Shown here piece by piece: positions 9,172 to 17,907 of a stretch of 42,576 bases of DNA. The notes under the pieces are model-generated. The model searched no databases. It was given only the letters and a program-made list of their open reading frames with translations, and was not told where the DNA came from. Made by a program: the position numbers and the translations under genes. Location of the stretch: the NCBI GenBank assembly GCA_034666805.1, contig JAXDLD010000258.1:1-42576 (forward strand). Reading direction: 5' to 3'. Each line of letters begins with the position of its first letter. Within the stretch, counting starts at the first letter, position 1. The DNA comes from Acidobacteriota bacterium (GTDB taxonomy: Bacteria > Acidobacteriota > Thermoanaerobaculia > Multivoradales > UBA5704).

Positions 9172-10380
9172 ATGCCCCTCTCCACATCCGTCTATCTCGA
9201 TCACAACGCCACGACGCCCTTGGACCCGCGGGTGCGGGAGGCCATGCTTCCCTGGCTCGGCGAGCGCTGGGGCAACCCCTCGTCGGCCCACGGCTTCGGC
9301 CAGGCGGCGCGCAACGCGGTCGAGGAGGCGCGGGAGAAGGTCGCCGCCCTCCTCGGGGCACGGCCGCCGGAGATCGTCTTCACCGCCTCCGGCACCGAGG
9401 CCAACAACGCGGTTCTTTCCGACGTCGCGCGGCGCGCCGGGCATTCCGGGGAGCGGGGGCACCTGGTGATCTCCCGCCTGGAGCACCCCTCGATCCGCGA
9501 GTCGGCGGCGCGGCTCGAGGCCGCCGGGATGGCGGTGTCGCGGATCGCCCCCGGGCCGGACGGGGTGGTGCCGGCCGATGCCGTCCTCGCCGCGCTGCGT
9601 GACGACACCCGCCTCGTCTGCCTCATGCTCGCCAACAACGAGCTCGGCACCCTCCAGCCGGTGGCGGCGGTGGCCGCCGCCTGCCGCGAGCGCGGGGTGC
9701 CGGTCCTGACCGACGCGGTGCAGGCGGTGGGCAAGATCCCGGTCTCGGTTTCATCAGGTGCCGCCTTGGGGGTCGACTACCTCACCCTTGGGGCGCACAA
9801 GTTCGGCGGCCCCCTGGGCGCGGCGGCGCTCTGGGTGAGGAAGGGGGTGCCGCTCGACGGCTACCTCGTGGGCGGCAGCCAGGAGCGCCACCGGCGGGCG
9901 GGGACCGAGAACGTGGCGGCGATCGCCGGCTTAGGTCAAGCCGCGGCGCTCGCCCGGGCGGAGATCGCCGAGCGCGGCGCCTACCTCGCCTCCCTGCGCG
10001 ACCGTTTCGAGACCGCTCTCCGGGAGATTCCCGGCGCGATCGTCCACTGCGCCACCGCTCCGCGCCTCCCCAACACCTCGAACCTCGCCCTCCCCGGGGT
10101 GGACGCCCAGGCGCTCCTGATCCGGCTCGACCTCGCGGGCTACGCGGTGTCGACCGGGGCGGCCTGCGCCTCCGGGGCGGTCGAGCCGAGCCCGACCCTC
10201 CTCGCCCTCGGGCTCCCGGCGGCCGAGGCGCTCTCTTCGCTGCGGGTGAGCTTCGGCCCCGCCAACACACCGCAAGAGGTGGACGGCTTCTTGGCTGCCC
10301 TGGCCGGCGAGTCGGCGGCGCTCCGCGCCCTCGCGGCATCCCTGCCGGCCCCGCTGGTGGCCCCGCTGGTGACCCGATGA
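9172..10380 (+). CDS. cysteine desulfurase, NifS/IscS class
   Basis: YLDHNATTPLDPRV at the N-terminus, PLP-lysine context LGAHKFGGPLG, and active-site Cys loop STGAACASG. The stop overlaps the mnmA start (ATGA at 10377-10380). Confidence 0.9.
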   Translation: MPLSTSVYLDHNATTPLDPRVREAMLPWLGERWGNPSSAHGFGQAARNAVEEAREKVAALLGARPPEIVFTASGTEANNAVLSDVARRAGHSGERGHLVISRLEHPSIRESAARLEAAGMAVSRIAPGPDGVVPADAVLAALRDDTRLVCLMLANNELGTLQPVAAVAAACRERGVPVLTDAVQAVGKIPVSVSSGAALGVDYLTLGAHKFGGPLGAAALWVRKGVPLDGYLVGGSQERHRRAGTENVAAIAGLGQAAALARAEIAERGAYLASLRDRFETALREIPGAIVHCATAPRLPNTSNLALPGVDAQALLIRLDLAGYAVSTGAACASGAVEPSPTLLALGLPAAEALSSLRVSFGPANTPQEVDGFLAALAGESAALRALAASLPAPLVAPLVTR

Positions 10381-11489
10381 GCGCCGAGGGCCGGATCGCC
10401 GTCGCCATGAGCGGCGGCCTCGACTCCTCGGTCACCGCCTGGCTCCTCGCGAGGCAGGGGCTCCCCGTCGTCGGCCTCTCCATGCTCCTCTGGGACCGTT
10501 CGGACGACAACGCCCACGGCCGCTGCTGCGGCGCCCTCGACCTGGGCGACGCGAGGCGGGTGGCGCAGCAGGCGGGCATCCCGCACTACACGCTCCGCAT
10601 GGACGAGGAGTTCCGCGAGAAGGTGGTCGACCCCTTCGTCTCCGACTACCTGGCCGGCCGCACCCCGTCCCCCTGCGTGCGCTGCAACACCTGGGTCAAG
10701 TTCGACCTCCTCCTCGCCCGCGCCCGGTCCTTCGGGGCCGAGAAGGTGGCGACCGGGCACTACGCCCGCATCGTCGAGGGACCCGAGGGGTTGGAGCTGC
10801 ACACGGCGGTCGATACCGAGAAGGATCAGAGCTACTACCTCTTCGAGCTCACAGAGGAGCAGCTCGCGGCTTCTCTCTTCCCCCTCGGCGGGATGACCAA
10901 GCCCGAGGTCCGCGGCCTGGCCCGCGAGGCCGGCCTCGTGGTGGCGGAGAAGGGGGAGAGCATGGAGGTCTGCTTCGTGTCGGGTGGCATCCGCGAGTTC
11001 GTGGAGGGCCAGGTGGCCGAGTTCCCCGGCCGCTACGCCGGGGCCGCCGCGGCGACCGCCGCCGCCCCGGCCCGCCTGGTCGACACGTCTGGCGAGGAGT
11101 TGGGGGAGGGGCAGCCCTACTACCGCTACACCGTGGGCCAGCGCCGCGGTCTCCAGGTCTCGGCCGGGGAGCGGCTCTACGTCTTGAAGATCGAGCCCGA
11201 GGCGAACCGGGTGGTGGTGGGGAAGGAGGAGGAGCTGGCCTCTCCGGGCCTCCTGGGAGAGAGGCTGCACTGGATCGGCCCGGCGCCCGCCGGGGAGGTG
11301 GAGGCCACGGTCAAAATCCGCTCGCGTCATCCCGGGGTAAAGGCCCTCATCCGGCCGCTGGGCGCGGAGGGGGAGGTCGAGGTGCGTTTCGCGACCCCCC
11401 AGCGCGGGGTGGCGCCGGGCCAGGCCGCGGTGTTCTATCAGGGTACCCGGGTGCTGGGAGGGTGTTGGATTCGCGGAGGGTTGGGGTGA
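10377..11489 (+). CDS. mnmA: tRNA-specific 2-thiouridylase MnmA
   Basis: PP-loop IAVAMSGGLDSSV, then CCGALDLGDARRVA, YLAGRTPSPCVRCN, KDQSYYLF, and the C-terminal GQAAVFY block. An Ala-rich insertion (YAGAAAATAAAPARL) is also present. Confidence 0.9.
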   Translation: MSAEGRIAVAMSGGLDSSVTAWLLARQGLPVVGLSMLLWDRSDDNAHGRCCGALDLGDARRVAQQAGIPHYTLRMDEEFREKVVDPFVSDYLAGRTPSPCVRCNTWVKFDLLLARARSFGAEKVATGHYARIVEGPEGLELHTAVDTEKDQSYYLFELTEEQLAASLFPLGGMTKPEVRGLAREAGLVVAEKGESMEVCFVSGGIREFVEGQVAEFPGRYAGAAAATAAAPARLVDTSGEELGEGQPYYRYTVGQRRGLQVSAGERLYVLKIEPEANRVVVGKEEELASPGLLGERLHWIGPAPAGEVEATVKIRSRHPGVKALIRPLGAEGEVEVRFATPQRGVAPGQAAVFYQGTRVLGGCWIRGGLG

Positions 11490-11494
11490 TGCGC

Positions 11495-11613
11495 GGGGCC
11501 GCGGCTGCCCCTCTTCATCCGGTCGTCGGTTGCAAGGGGGCTGTGGCTGCCCCTCTTCATTCGGTCATCGGTTGTAAGGGGGCCGCGGCTGCCCCTCTTC
11601 ATTCCGTCAACGG
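11495..11613. repeat. tandem array of a 42-bp hairpin-containing unit, about 2.8 copies (array A)
   Basis: Units occupy 11495-11536, 11537-11578 and a partial 11579-~11613. The first is GGGGCCGCGGCTGCCCCTCTTCATCCGGTCGTCGGTTGCAAG. The array starts 6 nt after the mnmA stop, between convergent genes. It is related to the array at 33611-33829. Confidence 0.85.
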
Positions 11614-11768
11614 CGGCGCGGCGCGGGAGACGTTCTGCACGCTCGCGTTCGGCGGCGCCTGCCACTTTCCGCCAGAGAGCGGGGCTCCATAGCAGAATGC
11701 CGTGGCTCCGCCTGCCCCGGAGGGGTCCGTAGCTCCCCGGCGCACGAACGCCGCGCTTCAACGCATGG

Positions 11769-12374
11769 TTAGGCGAGAGGTGGACAGAGGTGTGCCCTAC
11801 CGGTGTCGAGCGCTGTGCGGAATGCTGCCTCATTCTGGCAGTCGCGGAGCGGCCGCGGCGAGGCCGGTGCAGCGTCGCGCGGAGCCAGGGCACGCTCGAA
11901 CCATGCGACGTCGTGCCACAACCCGTGTTTGTAGCCGATCCCCCGAAATACACCGACCGACGTGAAGCCCACGGCCGTGTGGAGACGGAGGCTCGCCGCG
12001 TTCGGCAGGGTGACCCCGGCGTACGCATTGCGGAAGCCCTGCACCACGAGCGCCGCGAAAAGCGAGGTGTAGAGCGCTCGGGCCACCCCGAGGCGGCGAG
12101 CATCGGGATGCACGTACGCCGACACCTCGACCGACCACCGATAGGCGGGTCGATCCCGGTGCGGGCCCGCATACGCGTATCCGAGCACCGCCCCGTCGCG
12201 CTCGCAGACAATCCAGGGTGTGCGCTCCACGATGCGGGCGACGCGCTGCGCCATCTCGACGCCGTCCGGCGGATCCAGCTCAAACGAGGTGGCGGAGTCC
12301 ACGACCGCCGGGCGGTAGATGTCGGCCAGCGCGGGGCCGTCGGCGGGGGCGGCGAGGCGGATGAGCGTAGCCAT
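11769..12374 (-). CDS. GNAT N-acetyltransferase, phosphinothricin acetyltransferase (PAT/YncA/MnaT)-like
   Basis: IRLAAPADGPALADIY, LGYAYAGPHRDRPAYRWSVEVSAYVHPDARRLGVARALY and NAASLRLHTAVGF are typical PAT-family blocks. Confidence 0.8.
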   Translation of the reverse strand: MATLIRLAAPADGPALADIYRPAVVDSATSFELDPPDGVEMAQRVARIVERTPWIVCERDGAVLGYAYAGPHRDRPAYRWSVEVSAYVHPDARRLGVARALYTSLFAALVVQGFRNAYAGVTLPNAASLRLHTAVGFTSVGVFRGIGYKHGLWHDVAWFERALAPRDAAPASPRPLRDCQNEAAFRTALDTGRAHLCPPLA

Positions 12375-12452
12375 ATGGGTAGGGTAAGCCTACCCGGAAC
12401 CGCCTCGCGCTCGACCTTCGTCGAGGAGGATCGTAAGATCCCGCCCCGGACC

Positions 12453-14681
12453 ATGCCTAGACGAACCGCCCCCCTCCTGGCCTCCCCCCTGACCCAACCC
12501 ACCCCCTCCCAGGGGGGAGGGACCCCCTCCGGGAGGGATAACCTCAAGGTAGCGCCTTCGGGGGTGAGGGCCCTCCTTCTCGCCATCCTCCTCCTCGCCG
12601 CTGCCTGCAACCCCTCCACCCCCCGCGGCCTCCTCCGCCTCGGCACCCTCGCGGCCCATCTGCCGGCCGCCGCCGTTCCCCTCCCGGGCGCCATGACCCT
12701 CGGGGCCGACCCGGTCCAGATCCCGGTCGACCTCGACGCCGCCCGGATCGCCCGCCTGGAGATCCAGGCGAAGGGGAGCGCGACTCTCGCCACGCTCTCC
12801 TGGCGCCTGGCTCAGGACCCGCATTTCCCCCCGTACCGCACCCTCTCCATCCCCTTGAACCCGGACGGCCAGCCGCACGTCTACGAGGTGGACCTCGGGC
12901 ACGAGGCGTACTGGATGGGCCGGGTGGTGGGCCTGCGGCTTTCCGCCACCGGCGGGCCCCTCGACCTCGTCGGGCTCTCGGGGAAGCCCGGGACCGACCT
13001 TTACCGCTCGATGTCGCTCAAGGGGGAGAGCCTGCCGGCCCTCCCCGGCCTGGCCAGGATCGACCTTCCCCTCCCCCGCGACCTGCCGCGGGGCGCCCGC
13101 TTCGAGAGCCGGATCGGCCTCGTCCCCGAGGTCGACCGCCCCGGCGCCCGGGCGGTCTTCCGCGCCGCCTTGGACGGCCGGCCCTGGTTCGAGGAGACCC
13201 TCGCGGGCTCGGGAGGAGAGGGGGGAGGCTGGCGGACGGTGCGGAAGGAGCTGCCGGCGGGGAGCGCCGGCCGGCACCTGACCCTCACGGTCGAGGCGAG
13301 CCGCGGCGGCAGCCCGTTGCCCGAGGGAGTGGCGCTCTGGGGCGATCCGCTCCTCGTCCTCCCTGGCCGGTCGGCGGGGAAGAACCTCGTCGTCATCTTG
13401 ATCGACACCCTGCGCGCCGACGCCCTGGCAGCGTACGGCGGCCGGGACAGCCTGACCCCGAACCTCGACGCCTTCGCGCGGAGCGCCACCCGTTTCGCCA
13501 ACCTGATGTCCCCAGCCCCCTGGACCCTGCCGAGCGTCTCCTCCCTGATCACCGGCCTTGAGCCGCAGACCCATGGCGCCGGCCAGCGTTTCGGCAACTT
13601 CGCGCCCACCGGCCTCCCCGCCGGGGCGACGACGATGGCCGAGGTGCTCCGGGACCGCGGCTTCTATACCCTCGGGGTCTACCACAACATCTATATCAAC
13701 CCCGCCTTCGGTCTGGAGCAGGGGTTCGACGAGTACGCCTCCTACGAGGAATCGGCAGACGTCCTCGTCGACCAGGCCCTGGCGCGCTTGAAGCGCTACG
13801 CCCCCGACCGCCGGCTCTTCCTCTATCTCCATCTCTTCGACGTCCACAATCCCTACTCGCCGCCGGAGCCCGAGTGCACCACGGTCGCCCGCCGGCTCGT
13901 TCCCGACTACCACGGCCCGCTCGGCTGCACGGGCGACCGCCGGCCGGAGAACCCGCTCCCGCCGGCCGCGGACCGCCCCTGGCTCGCGGCCCTCTACAAG
14001 GCCGAGGTCGCCTTCACCGACCGCCAGGTCGGTCGCTTCCTGGCCGGCCTCCACGACCTTGGGCTCGATAAGGACACGGTCGTCGCCGTCGTCTCCGACC
14101 ACGGCGAGGAGTTCTGGGAGCGGCTGGACCAGGAGAAGGCCGGGGGCTATGAGGTGAACGGCGACCACGGGCACACCCACTACCAGGAGCTCCTCCACGT
14201 CCCCGCCCTCGTCCGCGTCCCCGGCCGCGCCCCAGCGGTGGTCGACGCCACGGTCCAGATGGTCGACCTCTTCCCCACCCTCCTCCATCTCGCCAGAGTC
14301 GAGGCGCCGCCCAGCCAGGGGAAGGACCTGGTGCCGCTCCTGGACGGCAGCCCCCCCGAGCGCGAGACCCTGATCTCCGACCTCCTGCTCCACGGCCAGC
14401 CCCGCTGGGCGGTTCGCCGCGGCCCCTGGAAGCTGATCGTCCCCCGGGTCCCCGGCCTGCCGGTCGAGCTCTACAACCTGGAGACCGACCCCGGCGAGCG
14501 CCAGAACGTCGCCGCCCGCGAGCCCCAGACCGCCGCCGCCCTCCGCGCCTATGGGGAGCGCGAGATGGCGGAGCGGGTCAAGGCCCGCGGGCGCTACCTC
14601 CAGGGCTCGGAGTCGTTGAACGCGACTTATCTGGAGTGGAACCACATCACCAAGCTGCGCTCGCTGGGGTATCTGCGGTAG
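12453..14681 (+). CDS. sulfatase-fold (alkaline-phosphatase superfamily) lipoprotein with a ~300-aa N-terminal domain of unknown function
   Basis: Track ORF 11790..14681 trimmed to ATG 12453 (alternative GTG 12564). The lipobox-like sequence is LLLAILLLAAAC. The catalytic domain shows LVVILIDTLRADAL, SPAPWTLPSVSSLITG and VVSDHGEEF. The nucleophile position is Thr (codon 13524-13526), not the Cys/Ser-x-Pro-x-Arg of formylglycine sulfatases. Confidence 0.8.
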   Translation: MPRRTAPLLASPLTQPTPSQGGGTPSGRDNLKVAPSGVRALLLAILLLAAACNPSTPRGLLRLGTLAAHLPAAAVPLPGAMTLGADPVQIPVDLDAARIARLEIQAKGSATLATLSWRLAQDPHFPPYRTLSIPLNPDGQPHVYEVDLGHEAYWMGRVVGLRLSATGGPLDLVGLSGKPGTDLYRSMSLKGESLPALPGLARIDLPLPRDLPRGARFESRIGLVPEVDRPGARAVFRAALDGRPWFEETLAGSGGEGGGWRTVRKELPAGSAGRHLTLTVEASRGGSPLPEGVALWGDPLLVLPGRSAGKNLVVILIDTLRADALAAYGGRDSLTPNLDAFARSATRFANLMSPAPWTLPSVSSLITGLEPQTHGAGQRFGNFAPTGLPAGATTMAEVLRDRGFYTLGVYHNIYINPAFGLEQGFDEYASYEESADVLVDQALARLKRYAPDRRLFLYLHLFDVHNPYSPPEPECTTVARRLVPDYHGPLGCTGDRRPENPLPPAADRPWLAALYKAEVAFTDRQVGRFLAGLHDLGLDKDTVVAVVSDHGEEFWERLDQEKAGGYEVNGDHGHTHYQELLHVPALVRVPGRAPAVVDATVQMVDLFPTLLHLARVEAPPSQGKDLVPLLDGSPPERETLISDLLLHGQPRWAVRRGPWKLIVPRVPGLPVELYNLETDPGERQNVAAREPQTAAALRAYGEREMAERVKARGRYLQGSESLNATYLEWNHITKLRSLGYLR

Positions 14682-14740
14682 GCCGACTCGGGTTGCCCGG
14701 AGCAAGCCCCCGCCATAGACTTCCCCCGGAGGCCGATCTC

Positions 14741-15253
14741 ATGCAACGACCCGCACCGACCGAGCACATCCCCTACTATCTGAGGTACATCGCCCTGGTC
14801 CCGGAGGGCGACTTTCTAAAGCTTTTCGAAGATCAGATGAAAGAGGTCCGCGCGTTCGTCGAGAGCGTTCCCGAGGAGAAGGAGGGGTATCGCTACGCGC
14901 CCGGGAAGTGGAGCCTCCGTGAAGCCATGGGGCACGTCGTCGACACCGAACGGATCTTTGCCTACCGCGCCTGCTGCATCGCACGGGGAGAGACCAAGGT
15001 GCTCTCCGGCTACGAACAGGACGACTACGCGGCAGCTTCGGAGGCCGACCGGCGGAGCCTCCGCGACCTCCTCGAAGAGCTCGAGCACCAGCGGCGGGGC
15101 AACGTGCTCCTGCTCCGAGGCATGAGCGAGGAGACGTCGAAGCGGATGGGCTCGGCCAACGACGATCCGGTGTCGGTACGGGCCCTTGCCTACATCATGG
15201 CCGGCCATGTGACGCACCATCTGCAGGTCTTTCGTGAACGGTATGCCCCTTAA
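14741..15253 (+). CDS. DinB-family (DinB/YfiT-fold) protein
   Basis: Track ORF 14636..15253 trimmed to ATG 14741 (MQRPAPTEHIPYYL...). The His-triad contexts GHVVDTERIF and GHVTHHLQVF are typical of the DinB_2-like fold. Confidence 0.75.
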   Translation: MQRPAPTEHIPYYLRYIALVPEGDFLKLFEDQMKEVRAFVESVPEEKEGYRYAPGKWSLREAMGHVVDTERIFAYRACCIARGETKVLSGYEQDDYAAASEADRRSLRDLLEELEHQRRGNVLLLRGMSEETSKRMGSANDDPVSVRALAYIMAGHVTHHLQVFRERYAP

Positions 15254-15473
15254 GTTGCCAAGCCGGGCCAGAATGTGAGATCCTAGAGGTCCGCGGCGCG
15301 CACGCGGGCCCCCCCTTCCTGGGAAAGGCCTGCGCCGCGAGATGACAGGGCTCCCCCGAGCCCGAGCGGCGGCCTCTTCGGCAAGTCCCCCGTTCTCGTC
15401 AACCAGCCGGAACACGACATGTGGAGCTTCCCTTGCGCAGGGGGGTGCCGCAGAAGGACTGTGAACTGACACG

Positions 15474-17357
15474 ATGACCTTCTCGAACTTCGGCCTCAAA
15501 GCCGACCTTCTCCAAGGTGTTGCGGACATGGGCTTCACCCAGCCCACTCCCATCCAGAGCGACGCCATCCCCCCGGCCATGGAGGGGCGCGACGTCCTCG
15601 CCTGCGCCATGACCGGCAGCGGCAAGACGGCAGCCTTCCTGCTCCCTATCCTCAACCGCCTCGCCGACCAGCCGCCCGGGGTCACCCGCTGCCTCGTCCT
15701 CGCACCCACCCGCGAGCTCGCGGCGCAGATCCACGAGCACCTGGTCCAGCTCGCCGGCCACACCCGGATGACGGGGGCGGCGGTCTTCGGCGGCGTGGCC
15801 GCGGGGCCGCAGGAGCAGGCCTTCAAGACGGGGGTCGATGTCCTAATCGCCACCCCGGGACGGCTCCTCGACCACCTGGCCGAGCCCTACGGGAAGCTTC
15901 CCGGCCTGGAGATCCTGGTCCTGGACGAGGCCGATCGCATGCTCGACATGGGCTTCCTCCCCGACGTCCGGCGCATCCTCTCCCAGCTCCCGCCGGGGCC
16001 GAAGCAGACCCTCTTCTTCTCCGCCACTCTGCCGCCGCCGATCATCGAGCTGGCCCGCGAGATGCTCCACGAACCGGTGGCGATCAACATCGAGCGCCAG
16101 GCCGCCCCGGCGACCGGAGTGCAGCAGGCGACCTACCCGGTGCGCGAGGACCTCAAACCCTGGCTCCTCTTAGAGCTCCTGCGGCGCGAGGAGATCAAGA
16201 ACGTCCTCGTCTTCACCCGCACCAAGCACCGCGCCAACCGCCTCGCCGACTTCCTCAGCCGCCACGCGGTCTCCTGCGACCGCATCCACGGCAACCGCAG
16301 CCAGGCGCAGCGGACCCTGGCCCTCGCCAACTTCAAGAACGGCAAGACCCGGGTGCTGGTGGCGACCGACATCGCGGCGCGCGGCATCGACGTCGAGGCC
16401 CTCTCGCACGTCATCAACTTCGACGTGCCGAACGTCCCCGACGACTACATCCACCGGGTGGGCCGCACCGCCCGCGCCGACGCCGTCGGCGACGCCTTCA
16501 CCTTCGTCTCCCAGGAGGAGCAGGGGGAATTGGCGGCGATCGAACGGGCGCTCGGCGGGCGGCTGCCGCGCTGGACCCTCGCCGGCTTCGACTACGAGCA
16601 CAAGCCGGAGGAGACTCTGGAGATCCCGCTCGCCGAGCGGATCGCCAACCTCCGGGCGCGGCGGGCCGAGGAGCGCGCCCGCGCCCGCGAGAAGGCGGAG
16701 CGCAAGGCCCGCGCCGCCGAGGAGCAGGCCCGGGCCCGTGAGAAGCGCCCGCAGCCCGGGGCGGCGCCCCGCGCCGCCGGCCCCAACGCTCCCGGCGCTC
16801 CGGCCGGCAATGGCGCACAGGCGAACGCCGGCCAGGGGAAGCGCCAGGGCGGGCCCCGGCGGCCGGATGCGGGTTCCCGCTCCGCCGGTCCGCGCCGCCA
16901 AGAGGGCGGTGCGCCGCGCCAGGCCGACCGCAACGCCCAAGCCCCCAACGCCCGCAACGATCGCCACGAGCGCCACGATCGCCAGGGCAACGGGGGGCCG
17001 CGCCGTCAGGACGGGCCGCCCCGACATGCCGAGCGCCACGACCGCCAGGGCAACGGAGGCCCGCGGCGTTCGGACGCCCCGCCGAACGGAGGCCCCCGGC
17101 AGGCCGGTCCCCGCCATGCCGCCGAGCCGCGCCGCTCGGGCGGTCCCCGCAAGCCACCGGCCCCGATCGGCGCCATGCAGCCGACCACCCGGATCGCCAT
17201 CCTGGCGCCCCAGGGTCCGGCGCACGACCCCGATCAGCAGCCGCTGCAGCAGGAGGCTCCGGGCGGCTTCAACCGGCGCCCTGCCTCCTGGCGGCGCAAG
17301 GCGCCGGCGCTTCCGGCGAGCCCCTTGCCCGACCTGGACGACATGGACGACCTCTAG
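15474..17357 (+). CDS. DEAD-box ATP-dependent RNA helicase (RhlE-like) with a long Arg/Gly/Pro/Asn-rich C-terminal tail
   Basis: Q-motif F..LGL...L.GV.DMGFTQPTPIQ, motif I AMTGSGKTAAF, motif II VLDEADRMLDMGF, then SAT and HRVGRTARA. The last ~240 residues are low-complexity and basic. Confidence 0.9.
   Translation: MTFSNFGLKADLLQGVADMGFTQPTPIQSDAIPPAMEGRDVLACAMTGSGKTAAFLLPILNRLADQPPGVTRCLVLAPTRELAAQIHEHLVQLAGHTRMTGAAVFGGVAAGPQEQAFKTGVDVLIATPGRLLDHLAEPYGKLPGLEILVLDEADRMLDMGFLPDVRRILSQLPPGPKQTLFFSATLPPPIIELAREMLHEPVAINIERQAAPATGVQQATYPVREDLKPWLLLELLRREEIKNVLVFTRTKHRANRLADFLSRHAVSCDRIHGNRSQAQRTLALANFKNGKTRVLVATDIAARGIDVEALSHVINFDVPNVPDDYIHRVGRTARADAVGDAFTFVSQEEQGELAAIERALGGRLPRWTLAGFDYEHKPEETLEIPLAERIANLRARRAEERARAREKAERKARAAEEQARAREKRPQPGAAPRAAGPNAPGAPAGNGAQANAGQGKRQGGPRRPDAGSRSAGPRRQEGGAPRQADRNAQAPNARNDRHERHDRQGNGGPRRQDGPPRHAERHDRQGNGGPRRSDAPPNGGPRQAGPRHAAEPRRSGGPRKPPAPIGAMQPTTRIAILAPQGPAHDPDQQPLQQEAPGGFNRRPASWRRKAPALPASPLPDLDDMDDL
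16968..17069 (+). repeat. 63-bp in-frame internal duplication inside the helicase tail (ERHDRQGNGGPRR repeated)
   Basis: GAGCGCCACGATCGCCAGGGCAACGGGGGGCCGCGCCGT (16968-17006) recurs as GAGCGCCACGACCGCCAGGGCAACGGAGGCCCGCGGCGT (17031-17069). Confidence 0.7.
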
Positions 17358-17388
17358 GGCGGACGCTGGAACGGAGGGAGGCTCGCGG

Positions 17389-17907
17389 ATGGCACGGCAG
17401 AAGCGCTATTGGCTCATGAAGTGCGAGCCCGAGGCCTACACGATCGCGGACCTGGCGAGGGACGGCGTGACGACCTGGGAAGGGGTGCGCAACTATCAGG
17501 CCCGCAACTTCCTGCGCGACGACATGAAGGTGGGCGACGGGGTCCTCTTCTACGCCTCGAACGCCGATCCCTCGGGGGTGACCGGCCTCGCCGTGATCGC
17601 CCGCGAGGGCTATCCCGACCCCACGGCCTTCGATCCCAAGAGCCACTACTACGACCCGAAGACCGACCCCGACAACCCCATCTGGTACCGGGTGGACGTC
17701 CGCTTCGCCGAGGCCTTCCCCGAGATCGTGCCCTTGGATGTCCTGAAGACGGCCAAGGGGCTGGAGCGGATGGTCGTGACGCAGAAGGGGTCGCGGCTCT
17801 CCGTCCAGCCGGTCGCCAGGCAGGAGTTCGAGATCGTCAAGAAGCTCGGGCGCGGGCGGAAGAGCGGGCGGAAGAGGGGCGCCGGAGGAGAGGGCGGAAA
17901 GGGATGA
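17389..17907 (+). CDS. EVE (PUA-like) domain protein with a basic Gly/Arg/Lys tail
   Basis: Track ORF 16738..17907 trimmed to ATG 17389, with GGAGGGAGG upstream. YWLMKCEP..Y....L......W.GVRNYQARNF.RD.MK.GD.V.FY.S is the classic EVE N-terminus, and WY.VDV.F is also present. Confidence 0.85.
   Translation: MARQKRYWLMKCEPEAYTIADLARDGVTTWEGVRNYQARNFLRDDMKVGDGVLFYASNADPSGVTGLAVIAREGYPDPTAFDPKSHYYDPKTDPDNPIWYRVDVRFAEAFPEIVPLDVLKTAKGLERMVVTQKGSRLSVQPVARQEFEIVKKLGRGRKSGRKRGAGGEGGKG

Noticed and set aside
9089-9361. 5' extensions of track ORFs: VWA2 to 9361, carB to 20910, kinase to 30836, sigma to 31567, eda to 1289, sulfatase to 11790, EVE to 16738.
   Set aside because: The extensions are Arg/Pro-rich, overlap upstream genes or promoters, and precede obvious signal peptides or conserved N-termini. 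The internal starts fit homologue N-termini.
11495-11613. The 42-bp repeat arrays (also 33611-33829) as CRISPR arrays.
   Set aside because: The units abut directly with no unique spacers. The period is 42 bp in total, and no cas genes are present.
12377-12395. Hairpin GGGTAGG-GTAAG-CCTACCC abutting the GNAT start codon, as a translational control element.
   Set aside because: The stem is short, and I can assess neither conservation nor a known riboswitch class. It may simply be chance.
15254-15473. The 220-nt leader of the DEAD-box helicase and other intergenic regions, scanned for tRNA, tmRNA, RNase P, SRP or riboswitch-like structure.
   Set aside because: No cloverleaf or known conserved motif was recognised by eye. 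A covariance-model scan (Infernal/Rfam, tRNAscan-SE) would be the proper test.
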